From: Kiritimatiellia bacterium | Lineage (GTDB): Bacteria; Verrucomicrobiota; Kiritimatiellia; RFP12; UBA1067 | Direction of reading: 5' to 3' | Assembly: GCA_024405265.1 (NCBI GenBank) | Contig: JAKSOZ010000005.1 | Span: 11,618 to 75,617 of the forward strand | Length of the DNA stretch: 64,000 nucleotides | Part shown: positions 36,852 through 47,113 of the stretch, piece after piece | Layout of the letters: the number at the start of each line of letters is the position of its first letter | Position numbering within the stretch: position 1 is the stretch's first letter | Program-made: the position numbers and the translations under genes | Notes under the pieces: model-generated | Told to the model about the DNA's origin: nothing | The model's database searches: none | The model's input: only the letters and a program-made list of their open reading frames with translations

Positions 36852-38144
36852 TTATACCAAATTACGGAAAAAGCGCGCAAGGCGAGCGATTAAAGCCTCT
36901 TCGCAACGCTCCGATAGCGGTTGCGCGCGATGATAAACTTCATCGGTATATACCGCCACTCGCTTCGCGGCCATCAACACCGCTTCGAAATATCGTTTAT
37001 CGAAAGGCTTTTTCAATTCCGGGTACGCTATTTCATGTTCCTTAAGAAGCGCCTTTCTCACCAACATCAGCGATGTCGGAATCATCGAACGCTTTTCTGC
37101 TTGCAACTTGTCTTTAAGTTCCGCGCCGTTCCAGACCCCGGGGTAGGCCAACTCCAAATGATCCGATGATGAATCTCCGTCGAATATCACGAGATCAAGT
37201 CTATCCTCAACGGCGCGGCGAATCAGCTTCTCCATCGCACCCTCTACGATGCTGTCGTTCTCCGAACCCATAAAGTGAACATAGGCGTCCCTTTCTTCAT
37301 CGGTCAAAGGCTTGGCATCTTGATGATATTCGCGCCAAAGATATGACATCGCCCCATCCGGCGACTTCCACGGCTTATCCTTGCTCGAATAATGAATGAT
37401 GGCCGAATCGGCATAAATATCACGGATCGAAGCGTAATCGGTCTTGAAAAGACGATTGATATCTTCCAGTTGCCACTTTCCATCCGCACGCCAAAGGCTA
37501 ACGGGCATGAAATTCCATCTTATCGGCAAGTACTTGAGATGGCCGTCGAAAACGACGTTGAAGACGTTTTGATCCATCAAGTTCGAATCCGAAAGCGCTC
37601 TCTTCGTCTCAATCAACTTATCCTTAAGCCCGAGTTCACGCATCAGCTTCAAATCAAGCAGCATCACTCCGCTATTGATGTACCGCTTCACGAGCTTAAC
37701 GTATTTATGACGATAATATATCTGACCGCTATCGGGAACCGCGGCAGCGTAAGCGCCTCCTAGCTCGGTTGCGTATAATTCGCTTAAATCTTCACGGCAG
37801 ATCAAGTCTCCGTCGATATACAAAAGTTTATCGATTCTCGGAAAGATTTCCGCCAAAAGGAATTTGAAGAGCGCCGAAATCGATGCCACGCATATCGCCT
37901 TTTCGTCAAAGACATGAAGGCCTGAGAAAATCGAGGGATCGCATTCCACTACATCGAGCTCGACTTTTTCGCTGCCAAGTCCAAGGAAAGCTCGTTTGGA
38001 CTCTTCTTTCAACGCCGAGGCCACGATATGAACGACATATTCGCTATCAGGCTTCTTGGACTTGATAAGCGAGCGAATCGCCGTCGAAGTCGGCATCACA
38101 TAATTATCATCGCTGATAAGGCAAATATGGACTTTCTCACGCAT
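36852..38144 (-). CDS. Glycosyltransferase family 8 with C-terminal GT2-like segment
   Basis: KLLYIDGDLI (DxD), YINSGVMLLDL, DQNVFN, IIHYSSKDKPW. Confidence 0.88.
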   Translation of the reverse strand: MREKVHICLISDDNYVMPTSTAIRSLIKSKKPDSEYVVHIVASALKEESKRAFLGLGSEKVELDVVECDPSIFSGLHVFDEKAICVASISALFKFLLAEIFPRIDKLLYIDGDLICREDLSELYATELGGAYAAAVPDSGQIYYRHKYVKLVKRYINSGVMLLDLKLMRELGLKDKLIETKRALSDSNLMDQNVFNVVFDGHLKYLPIRWNFMPVSLWRADGKWQLEDINRLFKTDYASIRDIYADSAIIHYSSKDKPWKSPDGAMSYLWREYHQDAKPLTDEERDAYVHFMGSENDSIVEGAMEKLIRRAVEDRLDLVIFDGDSSSDHLELAYPGVWNGAELKDKLQAEKRSMIPTSLMLVRKALLKEHEIAYPELKKPFDKRYFEAVLMAAKRVAVYTDEVYHRAQPLSERCEEALIARLARFFRNLV

Positions 38145-40113
38145 CACTTCTATTCGTCAGTTCTTCCAACTCGGTAGTAGCCTCTTCCCAGTCCGCCGTG
38201 TAACGATCGATTTCGAACTGAAGCGTTCTTACTTCGCGATTCAACTCCGCGAAATCGGTAGTGGGAGTAGGGTTGAACAGTTCCGCGGAGACCTCTTCAA
38301 GCTTCGCCTCCAACTCGGAAATCTTCTTCTCGGCCGTATCGATTCGCTTCTTAAGCTCTTTCGTCTTCGGCGCCAGCTTGGCTCTCTCGGCAGCACGTTG
38401 TTGGCGAAGCTCCTTGGAAGTTAGCTTCGGCACTGCCGAAGCATCACAATCAACATTAATGGCAGCTTTATTACCGGAACCTTCCACCCTTGAACCTTGA
38501 CCTTTTGCCTCTTCTCTCTCCGCCTTCTTCTCCTGATAATAGTCGTATCCGCCAGGATACTGACGAATTCCCTCATGTGTGATTTCAAGAATACTCGTCG
38601 CTACCGCGCGAACGAAATCGATATCGTGCGAGACGAGGAGAATCGTACCGGAGTATTTCTGAAGCGCATCTTGAAGAAGCCGACGTCCATCGAGATCGAG
38701 GTGAGTGGTCGGTTCGTCCAAAAGGAGAAAGTTCGGCGCCGAAAGAAAAAGACGCAAGAACGCGAGGCGAATCTTTTCGCCGCCCGAGAGGACGCCCGCG
38801 GGCTTTTCGATGTCGTTTTCGTCGAAACCGAACGCGCCGAGCTGATTGCGGAAATTCTTTTCGTTCATCCCCGGAGGAATCGCGTTTTTGGCATTGCGAT
38901 AAACGGAGACATCCGGCGGAATCGTTTCGGCGAATTCCTGCGAGAGATAGCCCGGGATGACGTTATGCCCGATAATCGCCTTACCTGAAGTCGGAGTACG
39001 AGTACCCGCGATAATGCGCATCAACGTCGTCTTACCGAGACCGTTGTAGCCGATCAAAGCGACCTTTTCGCCGCGCTCGATCTTGAAGCCGATATCCTTC
39101 AACACCTGCTTCACGCCGTCATACGAAAAGCCGAGCTCTTCGCAGCGGAACATTTCGATTCCACTTGGCGGCGGCTCGGCGAGGCGAAGCTTACCCGACT
39201 GAGTATAGCGCTTAGGCAATACGATTCGCTCTTCGTCGATTTTATCGATAAGCTTTTGGCGCGACTGGGCCTGAGCTGCCTTCGTCGCCTGAGCACGGAA
39301 ACGATCGACGAAGCGCTGGAGCTGTTCGCGATGATGATCCTGATTTTCTTTCGCCGCGAGGAGATGCTGATATCTGACCTCACGCTCGTTCAAATACCAA
39401 TCGAGTCCGCCTTCGTAGCGCGTCGCCGTTCCCGCGTCGACTTCGACGATAAGCGAAGTAAGCGTACGAAGAAGATAGCGGTCGTGAGAAATGAGCATCA
39501 GCGTCCCGTCATAAAGCTTAAGGAACTTCTGAAGCCAATCGACGGCGGGAAGATCGAGGTAGTTCGAAGGTTCGTCGAGCAAAAGAAGATCAGGCTTTGA
39601 AGCGAGGACTCGCGAAAGCTCCGCTCTCATTCTCCACCCGCCCGAGAAGCTTTTGAAAGGCTTCGAGAACTCTTCAGTCGTAAAGCCGAGGCCTCCCAAA
39701 GCGACCTTTACTCGCGTTTCGATATCATAGCCACCCAAATGCTCGAACTTCGTCTGGAGCTCACCGTATTTATCGAGCACTCCCGGTTCGTCCAAACGCG
39801 ATTCTAGCTCTTTCATCTCTTCTTCGATTTCGCTTAAACCCGGAACGCCGCGGAGCGAATATTCGAGAAGCGTTTCCTCAGGGGTATCAGGCTCAGGATT
39901 CTGGCGCGTGAAGCCGATACGAGGATTTCCTTCGATAATAAGTTCGCCCTTATCGGTCGACATTTCTCCGAGGACGATCTTGAAGAGCGTCGACTTCCCC
40001 GAACCATTCGGCCCGACGACGCCGATTCTATCACCCTTGTTGACGCGGAACGTAACGTCCGTCAAGACATCCTGATGACCGTAATGAACCGATATTCCCT
40101 TAAAGTCGAGCAT
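38137..40113 (-). CDS. ABC-F family ATP-binding protein
   Basis: Two ABC cassettes (GPNGSGKST, FSGGWRMR, LLLDEPSN; GYNGLGKTT, LSGGEK, LLLDEPTTH), no TM domains, C-terminal coiled coil. Confidence 0.93.
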   Translation of the reverse strand: MLDFKGISVHYGHQDVLTDVTFRVNKGDRIGVVGPNGSGKSTLFKIVLGEMSTDKGELIIEGNPRIGFTRQNPEPDTPEETLLEYSLRGVPGLSEIEEEMKELESRLDEPGVLDKYGELQTKFEHLGGYDIETRVKVALGGLGFTTEEFSKPFKSFSGGWRMRAELSRVLASKPDLLLLDEPSNYLDLPAVDWLQKFLKLYDGTLMLISHDRYLLRTLTSLIVEVDAGTATRYEGGLDWYLNEREVRYQHLLAAKENQDHHREQLQRFVDRFRAQATKAAQAQSRQKLIDKIDEERIVLPKRYTQSGKLRLAEPPPSGIEMFRCEELGFSYDGVKQVLKDIGFKIERGEKVALIGYNGLGKTTLMRIIAGTRTPTSGKAIIGHNVIPGYLSQEFAETIPPDVSVYRNAKNAIPPGMNEKNFRNQLGAFGFDENDIEKPAGVLSGGEKIRLAFLRLFLSAPNFLLLDEPTTHLDLDGRRLLQDALQKYSGTILLVSHDIDFVRAVATSILEITHEGIRQYPGGYDYYQEKKAEREEAKGQGSRVEGSGNKAAINVDCDASAVPKLTSKELRQQRAAERAKLAPKTKELKKRIDTAEKKISELEAKLEEVSAELFNPTPTTDFAELNREVRTLQFEIDRYTADWEEATTELEELTNRSDA

Positions 40114-40835
40114 TAGCCTATAATCTCCAATTCCACGTCCTTAAGTCCGGCCTCCTCAAGGGCTTCTTTCATGCACTTTTCGGCAAGATGCGGCGCGTTG
40201 CATTCTCCCGAAAGATGCGCGAGGAAAAGCTTTTTAAGCTTCCCCTTTTCGCAATAAGTCTTAACGAGCTCCGCCGCTTGATCATTCGAAAGATGTCCGT
40301 GATTTCCGGAGATACGATCTTTCAGTTCGCGCGGTCTTCCGCTCGTATGGAGCATAACGGAATCATGATTCGACTCCAAGGTCGCATAATCCGCTTTACT
40401 CAATTTTTCTCCGATCGAGGCAATCGGATAGCCGATATCCGTTCCATGAAAATACGTTTCCCCTCCCGCCTTGATAAGGTAGCCGACAGGATCCGCGGCG
40501 TCATGCGGAATCGGGAAAGGTGAAATCTCGAACGGACCTATCTCAAAACTTTGATCGTTTTCAAACGAGACGAACTTCTCGGAATCGGCTCCGGTCGCGA
40601 CTTGTGTGGCCTCGGCAGTCATCTGATTCGCATAGACCGTAACATCTCGTTGATTAAGGAGCACTTTAAGCCCCGAGATATGATCGGAATGGTTATGCGT
40701 TATCAAAACCGAATCGAAAGCGTAGTCTTTCACTTTCTTATAGCACACTCCACAATCAATCAAAATCGACGTACCCTCGTGCTCGACGAGGTACGCGTTA
40801 CCTTTGGAGGAGCTGGCTATCGGTTTTATTGTCAA
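40113..40835 (-). CDS. MBL-fold metallo-hydrolase (YycJ/PhnP-like)
   Basis: ASSSKGN, ILIDCG, THNHSDH, IPHDAADP, LESNHD, GHLSN, LAHLS. Confidence 0.88.
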   Translation of the reverse strand: MTIKPIASSSKGNAYLVEHEGTSILIDCGVCYKKVKDYAFDSVLITHNHSDHISGLKVLLNQRDVTVYANQMTAEATQVATGADSEKFVSFENDQSFEIGPFEISPFPIPHDAADPVGYLIKAGGETYFHGTDIGYPIASIGEKLSKADYATLESNHDSVMLHTSGRPRELKDRISGNHGHLSNDQAAELVKTYCEKGKLKKLFLAHLSGECNAPHLAEKCMKEALEEAGLKDVELEIIG

Positions 40836-42142
40836 CGTTCGAAAGCGCGGTGCGCGATGTCCTTACGATAAAAACAGGTGTCGAACGAAATCTTCGAAAC
40901 TCGCGAATAGGCGTTATCGACCGCTTCGCGCAAGGTTTTCCCAAGCCCCGTGACGCTAAGAACTCGCCCTCCGGAAGTTATGACTTTATCACCGTCTTGT
41001 TTAGTACCGCAGTGGAAGACGATTCCTTCCCCTACACCTACACCTTCACCTACACCTTCAATCACCTTCCCCTTCTCATAAGAGCCGGGGTATCCACCCG
41101 AAGCGAGAATCACTGTCGCGGCGCACTCTTCTTTAACGACGATATCTTCGTCTTTGAGGCATCCGGTCGCGGCATGAAAAAGCGCCGCGGCGAAGTTGCC
41201 GCCGAGACGAGGAAGCACCGCTTCGGTCTCCGGATCGCCGAAACGCGCATTGAACTCGACGACGTTGATGTCCGAGCCCGACTTCGCCGCAGGACCATGC
41301 GGATAAGAATTATCGTTATTGACCATTAACCCGGCGTACAAAATGCCGCGATAAGTGATGCCGCGTTTCTTTAGCTCGCGAACGACGGGAAGAATGATCT
41401 TCTCCTTGATCATCGGAAGCTTGTCGGAAGTGATGACCGGAGCGGGAGAATACGCGCCCATGCCGCCGGTATTCGGACCCTTGTCACCATCGAAAACTCG
41501 CTTGTGATCCTGAGAGCTCGGCAGGAGAACCGCGTTCTCACCATCGACCATCGCGAGAATCGAGCACTCTTCACCATGAAGAAACTCTTCGATCAAAACT
41601 TCCGCTCCTGCCGCGCCGAATTTGTTAGCTACGAGCATATCGTCTATCGCTTCTTCCGCCTGAGCTAAGGTTTCAGCGACGATAACGCCCTTACCTGCCG
41701 CGAGGCCGTCGGCCTTGATGACGACGGGAAGTCCATACTCGGGAAGCGCGGCCTTGGCCTCAGCAGCGTCGGTAAAGGTCTTCGCCATGCCGGTCGGAAC
41801 TCCTGCCGCGTCCATGATTTCTTTCGCGAAACGCTTCGAGCCTTCCATGCGTGCTCCGTCCTGAACGGGGCCGAAAGCGGGAATGCCGAGCTTTTCCAAT
41901 TCATCGACGAGGCCCTTGACGAGCGGAGCTTCGGGGCCGACGACCACGAGGTCGGGCTTATTTTCTTTCGCCCACTCGCAAACGCCTTGAACGTCCTCCG
42001 CGCCGACCTTAAGGTTCGTCGCTATCGAAGTCGTTCCCGCGTTACCGGGCGCGCAAAAGAGTTCGTGCTTTTCCTCGTCTTTCGAAAGTCTCCACGTAAT
42101 CGCATGTTCACGACCGCCCGAGCCGACGACCAAAATCTTCAT
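40832..42142 (-). CDS. purD: Phosphoribosylamine--glycine ligase
   Basis: VVGSGGREHA, VVGPEAPL, KADGLAAGKGV, DGDKGPNTGGMGAYSP, EFNARFGDPETE. Confidence 0.97.
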   Translation of the reverse strand: MKILVVGSGGREHAITWRLSKDEEKHELFCAPGNAGTTSIATNLKVGAEDVQGVCEWAKENKPDLVVVGPEAPLVKGLVDELEKLGIPAFGPVQDGARMEGSKRFAKEIMDAAGVPTGMAKTFTDAAEAKAALPEYGLPVVIKADGLAAGKGVIVAETLAQAEEAIDDMLVANKFGAAGAEVLIEEFLHGEECSILAMVDGENAVLLPSSQDHKRVFDGDKGPNTGGMGAYSPAPVITSDKLPMIKEKIILPVVRELKKRGITYRGILYAGLMVNNDNSYPHGPAAKSGSDINVVEFNARFGDPETEAVLPRLGGNFAAALFHAATGCLKDEDIVVKEECAATVILASGGYPGSYEKGKVIEGVGEGVGVGEGIVFHCGTKQDGDKVITSGGRVLSVTGLGKTLREAVDNAYSRVSKISFDTCFYRKDIAHRAFER

Positions 42143-42152
42143 TGTTTTCTCC

Positions 42153-42683
42153 TTACTGTTTCGGGACGAGAAGCTTCTGCCCCACGCGCAAATTGTTGTT
42201 CTTAAGGTTGTTCATCTCTTTAAGCTTCGGGACGCTCGTGCCGAAAGCCTTGGCGATCAAATAAAGCGAATCGCCGCTCTGCACTTCGTATTCCTGACAA
42301 GGCCCGGAATAAGTCTCGACTTTCTTCGAACTTTTGGCCTCACTCTTCGTCTGCGCGGCAGCTTGCGCCTGCAGAACGGGTTTGAGCCTGTCGGTTATAT
42401 CTTTGACGATTTCTTGACGCTGATTGGCCAATTCTCGGCGCAGTTCCTGAATGGATGCTTTGATCGCGTCGATTTCCTGACGCGTCGTATTATCCTGTCC
42501 CTTCGATTCAAGGCGCTGAACTCTCGCCGACAGATCATCTACATTATTGTTGATCACATCAAGCTGCGCCGCGACGCGTCCCACTTCCGCCATCGCCTGA
42601 TTCTGCATAAAAGCATTCTGCCCCGCCGCAATAGCGAACGTAGACATTAACGTCAACCCCATCATTAAGCTGAATTTATTCAT
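42153..42683 (-). CDS. Exported coiled-coil protein with C-terminal LysM domain
   Basis: SD aaggag before ATG 42683; signal peptide; YEVQSGDSLYLIAKAFG...LRVGQKLLVP. Confidence 0.85.
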   Translation of the reverse strand: MNKFSLMMGLTLMSTFAIAAGQNAFMQNQAMAEVGRVAAQLDVINNNVDDLSARVQRLESKGQDNTTRQEIDAIKASIQELRRELANQRQEIVKDITDRLKPVLQAQAAAQTKSEAKSSKKVETYSGPCQEYEVQSGDSLYLIAKAFGTSVPKLKEMNNLKNNNLRVGQKLLVPKQ

Positions 42684-42691
42684 GTTACTCC

Positions 42692-42838
42692 TTAAAACAA
42701 ATAGAACCATAGCCACAATATCGAAAAGATCGCCACCTTGATCAGGAAACGCCCTTGACGGTACTCGCGCTCATCTTGATCGACGCTTCGACCGAACTGA
42801 CGCGAACCTCCACCCGCGATATAATGGAAAAGTCGCAT
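42692..42838 (-). CDS. Small putative membrane protein (48 aa)
   Basis: MRLFHYIAGGGSRQFGRS...FLIKVAIFSILWLWFYLF; single C-terminal hydrophobic helix, fills the gap between two LysM genes. Confidence 0.45.
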   Translation of the reverse strand: MRLFHYIAGGGSRQFGRSVDQDEREYRQGRFLIKVAIFSILWLWFYLF

Positions 42839-42928
42839 ACCCGGGAAAGCGTCGAGTTTCCACGGCACCTTTCGCCGCGTATACGGGTGCGACTCGCGCA
42901 AAACCGAGGTATGAATCGAGCTCATCGT

Positions 42929-43945
42929 TTACGGCAAAACAATCGTCTGACCGACTTTCACGCGACCATCAGTGGAAATCGTCGCCTTGTTCGCTTCACG
43001 AATAAGCTGCCAAGCGGAAGATTTGCCATAGAACTTGATCGCGATCTTATAGAGCGTATCGCCGTCTTGAACGACATAAGTCTCCGGCTTCTCGATCGGC
43101 GCGCGCGACGACTTGCCGAATATACCGGCAGCGTCTTCGTCCTTCGACTTTGCGACCTTAGGCGTCGCGACCGGAGTCTCGACCTTAATCGGCGGAGCTT
43201 CTTCACTCGCTCCCGCGTCATCCTCGCGAATCGCGTTGATGTCTTCGGACAAATCTGTACGTTCCTCCGCTTCTTCTTCACGAAGTTCCTCGATTTCGCT
43301 CTTGACCTCCTCGCGATTATCGTTAAGTCCGTCGTCGAATTCATTCATAAGCGCGTTTTTGTCGAGCTTGACGATTTCACGCTCTTTTTCTTCTTCTCCA
43401 AACGACTTGATATGCTTTTTAAGGCGCTCGTTCTCGGCGGTCAGGTTCGCCATATTGCGACGGAGCTCGGAGAGTTCCTTTTGATTGGCGTTGTTGATCT
43501 CGCTTACGCGCTTGAATTCGCTCTCGAGTCGCTGATACTCTTCGGCAATCGCCGCGCTGGAAACGATACCGTACTTTTTCGCCAGCGCCTTCGCCATGTC
43601 CTTTTCACAGAGCGCGAGGCGCTCTACCGCCAACTTTGCCTTGTCGCTCGAAGGCTCCTGCAGCAGGTACTCCGAATAATTGCAATAAGCTGCGGGATAA
43701 TCTTTCACATGATCCTGCTGAAGGCAAGCGAGCTGGAATCGCGCGGACGAATTAAGCGGAGCGCGCTTCACGACCTTCAAAAGCCCATCAACCGCGGCAT
43801 CAAGACGCCCGGTCTTATACTCGGCCATCGCCGCTTGGTAACCGGCGTCGCTGCGCTCTTTTTCGAATTCGCGACGTTCGGCGTAATCACACGCCGTCAG
43901 CGTCATCATCATCGACAGCGCCATCATCATCTTCAAGTTCTTCAT
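42929..43945 (-). CDS. Lipoprotein with TPR-like, coiled-coil and C-terminal LysM domains
   Basis: Lipobox LTA-C after MKNLKMMMALSMMM; ARFQLACLQQD TPR-like; YVVQDGDTLYKIAIKFYG...VKVGQTIVLP. Start choice is uncertain. Confidence 0.8.
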   Translation of the reverse strand: MKNLKMMMALSMMMTLTACDYAERREFEKERSDAGYQAAMAEYKTGRLDAAVDGLLKVVKRAPLNSSARFQLACLQQDHVKDYPAAYCNYSEYLLQEPSSDKAKLAVERLALCEKDMAKALAKKYGIVSSAAIAEEYQRLESEFKRVSEINNANQKELSELRRNMANLTAENERLKKHIKSFGEEEKEREIVKLDKNALMNEFDDGLNDNREEVKSEIEELREEEAEERTDLSEDINAIREDDAGASEEAPPIKVETPVATPKVAKSKDEDAAGIFGKSSRAPIEKPETYVVQDGDTLYKIAIKFYGKSSAWQLIREANKATISTDGRVKVGQTIVLP

Positions 43946-44825
43946 CTTCATCCTCCTCATCTTCTTCATCAAATTCATCCGGGGTATCGTCAATAAAGAA
44001 ATCGTCATCGTCTTCGGACTCGTTATTCGACTCGTCCGTAGTCGAAGTCTCAAGTCCAAGTTCAAGTTCGGTATCTTCTTTCACCTCTTCACCTTCAACT
44101 TGAACTTCTCCTTCAACTTTTTGCTCCTCGACCTTCGTCTCAGCCGCCTCTGCGGCTTCCGCCGCGGCCTTCTCGAGCTCGGTCTTCTTCTCGACCTTCT
44201 TATAGCTCTCGGCTTTCAGTCGAGGATTCGAGCGCTGCAGCGTAGGATCGAGTTTGTTAAGTTCCTGCAGGCTCGAAAGTCCGAAGTGCTCGAGAAAGAT
44301 CGGTGTCGTACCATACAAAAAAGGATGTCCGGGCAATTCCGACTTGCCGACCAATCGAATCAATTGCAAATCGACAAGCGTCTTGATGTTCGCCGAAACG
44401 TCGACACCGCGAATCTCTTCGATTTCGCCCTTGGTAATCGGCTGACGATAAGCGATAATCGCGAGCGTTTCCAACGAAGCTCTGCCCAAACGGCTCGGAC
44501 GGTCGAGTTTGAGCATCGCGCGAACATAGCGCCCCGTTGAAGGGATCGTCTGCATGCGATAGGTTCCTCCGGTGCAAACGAGCTCGTATCCGATACCTGC
44601 GACCTTAAGCGCTTTTTCGAGGCCTCTTAGCGCCTCCGAGATTTCTTTCGACGTGCAGGACTTATAAACGTCCATAATCTCTTTGTTCTCGCCTTCTTCC
44701 GCTTCTACCGCCCTCACCGCGTTACGAAGCTCTTGCTGCGTGAGGGGGCTTTCGCTCGCGAAAAGAAGCGCGCCGACGATTTCCTGCAAGCTTCGAGGCA
44801 ACGGTATTTTCACTTCATCACTCAT
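43887..44825 (-). CDS. scpB: Segregation and condensation protein B
   Basis: IVGALLFAS, SLETLAIIAYRQPITKGEIEEIRGV, YGTTPIFLEHFGL; long acidic tail. Confidence 0.95.
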   Translation of the reverse strand: MSDEVKIPLPRSLQEIVGALLFASESPLTQQELRNAVRAVEAEEGENKEIMDVYKSCTSKEISEALRGLEKALKVAGIGYELVCTGGTYRMQTIPSTGRYVRAMLKLDRPSRLGRASLETLAIIAYRQPITKGEIEEIRGVDVSANIKTLVDLQLIRLVGKSELPGHPFLYGTTPIFLEHFGLSSLQELNKLDPTLQRSNPRLKAESYKKVEKKTELEKAAAEAAEAAETKVEEQKVEGEVQVEGEEVKEDTELELGLETSTTDESNNESEDDDDFFIDDTPDEFDEEDEEDEDEELEDDDGAVDDDDADGV

Positions 44826-45621
44826 AATCATCCGGCCTTTCCAGGGGCTTATCTTCAGGTTCTTCCTTCGAAGCGAGAACTGTAATTTCATGAAACGCCG
44901 CGTTCTGATAAACGATAACGCGGTGTTGCCTCAAAAGTTCCAGAAGCGCCAAAAACGTGACGATAATTTCACCTTTCGGCGCATTCTCCACATCGAAAAG
45001 CGAAAGGAACGAGACCTGTCCTTCGCTACGCGCGCGATTCAAAACGTAATCCATCTTCTCCGGAACGGAAAAGCGAATACCCTTAAGTTCCTCGTGCGGC
45101 ATTTCGGCGGCGCGCGCGACGACGTCTTGAAACGCGCTCAAAAGGTCGTAAATATCGAGGTGAGCGAGCGCGCCCCGCGCATCCGCCGCGGTCTTCTCGA
45201 ATTTGGGTCGCCCGCCTCCGTATTCGAAGCGATTCTGAACCATCGCCTCCCTGCGTTCGAGCTGAAGCGCGGCGTCTTTGAACTTCTTGTATTCGATAAG
45301 CTGACGAACGAGATCCAATCTGGGGTCGACCCATTCCTCCTCTCCGTTCGACGCCGACGCGCGTCTATCGACCGGCAGGAGCATTCGCGATTTGATAACC
45401 ATGAGCGTCGCCGCCATAACCACGAACTCACCGGCGATATCAAGATTAAGCTCGCGCGCAGCCTTGATGAACTTCATATATTCGGTCGTGATATGCTCGA
45501 TCGGGATATCATAAATATCAAGCTCCTCACGACGAATCAAATAGAGCAATAAATCAAGCGGCCCTTCAAACACGTCAAGGGTCACCTTATATTCATCGGC
45601 GAATAGCAGCTCTTGTGACAT
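44818..45621 (-). CDS. scpA: Segregation and condensation protein A (kleisin)
   Basis: FEGPLDLLLYLIRREELDIYDIPI, GEFVVMAATL, IIVTFLALLEL; extended -10 at 45633-45641. Confidence 0.95.
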   Translation of the reverse strand: MSQELLFADEYKVTLDVFEGPLDLLLYLIRREELDIYDIPIEHITTEYMKFIKAARELNLDIAGEFVVMAATLMVIKSRMLLPVDRRASASNGEEEWVDPRLDLVRQLIEYKKFKDAALQLERREAMVQNRFEYGGGRPKFEKTAADARGALAHLDIYDLLSAFQDVVARAAEMPHEELKGIRFSVPEKMDYVLNRARSEGQVSFLSLFDVENAPKGEIIVTFLALLELLRQHRVIVYQNAAFHEITVLASKEEPEDKPLERPDDYE

Positions 45622-45646
45622 TTTAGATGAATATTATACCAAATTT

Positions 45647-47113
45647 TCACTTCATTGTCATTGTCGATGCCGCTCTCAGAACCTCTCGCGCAATCAGCTC
45701 GGAAACTCCTGCCACTGAAGCTATCTCCTCGACTGAAGCTTTCGCTAGATATCTGATCGACTTGAATGTCTTGAGCAACTTAAGCTTCTTTGCTTCTCCG
45801 ATCCCCGGTATCTCATCAAGAACAGACTCTTTTATCGTCTTTTCTCTCAAAGAACGGTGATAAGTAATCGCGAAACGATGCGCCTCATCCCTTAGGCGCG
45901 TAATCACGAATAGTCCCTGCGAGTCGCGAGGCAAAAGAATCGATTCTCGTCCGTCATCCAACACGATTTCCTCTTGGCGCTTGGCGAGGCCAACGGTCGG
46001 AATATCGTTTATACCGAGTTCCGCGAAAACGGCCCTGGCGGCACGAAGTTGCGTGATGCCGCCGTCGCAAATATACAAATCGGCCCTTGGCGAGCTCGAC
46101 AACAACGTCGACTCGCTGCCGTAGCGTCTTCTTACGACTTCTGCCATCGCTCTCGGATCATCAGCTCCCTCGAAACTTTTGATTTTGAAGTGACGATAAA
46201 ATCTCCCGTCCGGCAAACCATCACGCGCAACCACTAGCGAAGCGACGTTGTAAGTTCCGAATAAGTTCGAGATATCCACGCACTCAATGATACGCGGGGG
46301 TTTCTTGAGCCCGATCGCTTCAGCGAGCTCTTTAATCCCTAAAAGAGCTTCCTCTTCCTTCATGTGAGGAGATTTCCTCACGAAATGCGCTTTCGTCATC
46401 TCTTTCAGCGCGGCAATCGTGTCGCGATATTCCGCAGCTCTTTCAAAGTCGGACTTCTCGGCGGCCTCGCGCATTTTCCCCTTGAGCTCTTCGAATATCG
46501 CAGGGCGCTCGCCTCTTAAGAACGCCGCGGCCTCGTTAAATCGTTCTCGATACTCTTCCTTCGTGACCTTTTTAAGACACGGAGCACTACAGGTGCGAAT
46601 CACATCAGCGAGACAATGCTTATGATCTTCTTTTGAAGGGCAAATCGCGTCGCATTCACGAATACCGAAACGCTTCTCGACGAAGTCTTTCGCCGCGCGA
46701 ACGATCGGGCTCGACGGAAAAGGCCCGAAATACATTGCTCCATCTTCACGTACGATTCTCACGCAAGAGAATCGCGGATATTCTGCGCTAGGGTCGGCTC
46801 TAAGCGCCAAATAGCGCTTATCGTCGCGCATCAAAATATTGAAATGAGGCTTGTACTTCTTGATCAACGAAGCCTCGGTAAGTAGCGACTCCGCCTCGTT
46901 CTTAACCGTCATCCATTCGAAATCGTAGATCGTCTCGACCATCGAGCGAACCTTCGGAGGATGCTTATTGACGGCTCGAAAATAACTCGAGACGCGACGT
47001 TTCAAGTTCTTGGCCTTACCCACATAAATGATTTGACCCCGCCTGTCACGCATAAGGTAACAGCCGGGGTTCGTGGGTACGGTTTTAAGCCGCTCTCGGA
47101 TAAGCTCGGTCAC
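45647..47113 (-). CDS. uvrC: Excinuclease ABC subunit C
   Basis: PTNPGCYLM, IYVGKAKNLKRRVSSYF (GIY-YIG), IECVDISN, DGGITQ, LRDEAHRFA, HhH IPGIGE. Confidence 0.95.
   Translation of the reverse strand: MTELIRERLKTVPTNPGCYLMRDRRGQIIYVGKAKNLKRRVSSYFRAVNKHPPKVRSMVETIYDFEWMTVKNEAESLLTEASLIKKYKPHFNILMRDDKRYLALRADPSAEYPRFSCVRIVREDGAMYFGPFPSSPIVRAAKDFVEKRFGIRECDAICPSKEDHKHCLADVIRTCSAPCLKKVTKEEYRERFNEAAAFLRGERPAIFEELKGKMREAAEKSDFERAAEYRDTIAALKEMTKAHFVRKSPHMKEEEALLGIKELAEAIGLKKPPRIIECVDISNLFGTYNVASLVVARDGLPDGRFYRHFKIKSFEGADDPRAMAEVVRRRYGSESTLLSSSPRADLYICDGGITQLRAARAVFAELGINDIPTVGLAKRQEEIVLDDGRESILLPRDSQGLFVITRLRDEAHRFAITYHRSLREKTIKESVLDEIPGIGEAKKLKLLKTFKSIRYLAKASVEEIASVAGVSELIAREVLRAASTMTMK

Noticed and set aside
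45647-47113. UvrC (488 aa) as a truncated pseudogene
   Set aside because: GIY-YIG, UVR, RNase H-like and HhH motifs are all present in one frame; it is a compact but complete protein.
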